DNA from: Pengzhenrongella phosphoraccumulans
GTDB taxonomy: Bacteria; Actinomycetota; Actinomycetes; Actinomycetales; Cellulomonadaceae
Direction: 5' to 3'
NCBI RefSeq assembly: GCF_045689905.1
Contig: NZ_CP144210.1
Coordinates: 357,240 to 389,239, forward strand
Length of the DNA stretch: 32,000 nt
Shown piece by piece: positions 31,661 to 32,000 of the stretch (positions within the stretch are counted from its first letter, which is position 1; every line of letters starts with the position of its first letter). The position numbers and the translations under genes were made by a program. The notes under the pieces are model-generated. The model saw only the letters and a program-made list of their open reading frames with translations. It was not told where the DNA came from and did no database searches.

Positions 31661-32000
31661 TCAGGACACGGACTGGCGGGCGGCGTCCTGCGCGGCGATC
31701 TGGGCGCGGACGTCGTCCATGTCCAGGCCCTTGACCCCGCTGATGACCTGCTCGAGCGCGACAGCGGGCAGCGCACCGGGCTGGGAGAACACGAGCACGT
31801 TCTCGCGGAACACCATCAGTGTCGGGATCGACGTGATGCCGGCCTGGCCGGCCAGGACCTGCTCGGCCTCGGTGTCGACCTTGCCGAACACGATGTCCGC
31901 GTGCTCCTCGGACGCCTTGTCGAAGATGGGCGCGAACTGGCGGCACGGGCCGCACCACGCGGCCCAGAAGTCGACCAGGACGATGTCGTTGCCCCGGATC
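31661..32000 (-). CDS. thioredoxin (5' end beyond window)
   Basis: The minus-strand translation from the window edge reads IRGNDIVLVDFWAAWCGPCRQFAPIFDK...GITSIPTLMVF. The WCGPC active site is present, and the stop is at 31661. Confidence 0.85.
   Translation of the reverse strand, partial: IRGNDIVLVDFWAAWCGPCRQFAPIFDKASEEHADIVFGKVDTEAEQVLAGQAGITSIPTLMVFRENVLVFSQPGALPAVALEQVISGVKGLDMDDVRAQIAAQDAARQSVS

Overview
This is a very GC-rich (not computed), densely coding, actinobacterial-type chromosomal window with about 40 supportable genes. I saw no rRNA, tRNA, CRISPR or transposase.

Gene content, left to right:
- DUF2200, VOC and PPK2 genes, then an Arr rifampin ADP-ribosyltransferase carrying an in-frame 3 x 30-bp tandem repeat.
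- An overlapping operon: SHOCT protein, membrane protein, OmpR regulator, histidine kinase.
- A Cys-free ArsR regulator followed by a translationally coupled six-gene complex resembling a group-4 hydrogenase or complex I. Gene order and sizes match what I recall of M. tuberculosis Rv0081-Rv0087.
- Convergent to it, a group 3b NAD(P)-linked [NiFe]-hydrogenase operon: hyhB-G-S-L, endopeptidase, hypC, a DMT permease and a conserved hypothetical.
- A DUF222/HNH gene and an M20 amidohydrolase.
- A reactive-sulfur/redox island: SQR-like flavoprotein-TusE-DsrE, rhodanese-CoADR-rhodanese, Fur-Dps, and a tight trx-CsoR/CstR-like-methyltransferase-membrane protein operon.

Most interesting observations:
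1. The 'large subunit' of the ArsR-linked complex has lost all four Ni-Fe cysteine ligands while the small subunit keeps its Fe-S cysteines. This is the Ehr-type pattern, with no assigned function and no electron-input module visible.
2. The palindrome ATACCCC-N2-GGGGTA(T/C), a CsoR/CstR-type operator, occurs exactly twice, once in front of each sulfur operon. The CsoR-family gene lacks the Cu-ligand His, which predicts a persulfide-sensing regulon.
3. DosR-like palindromes lie upstream of hyh, and a related box lies upstream of the SQR-like gene.
4. Two conserved redox genes (hyhL and the CoADR-rhodanese gene) each carry a 1-nt frameshift in the same GGCCCCCGC context. A homopolymer sequencing error is the most likely cause, but it needs checking.
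5. Short tandem duplications that include stop codons occur at three gene 3' ends.

Limits: all family assignments come from motif recognition by eye. No database search was run.
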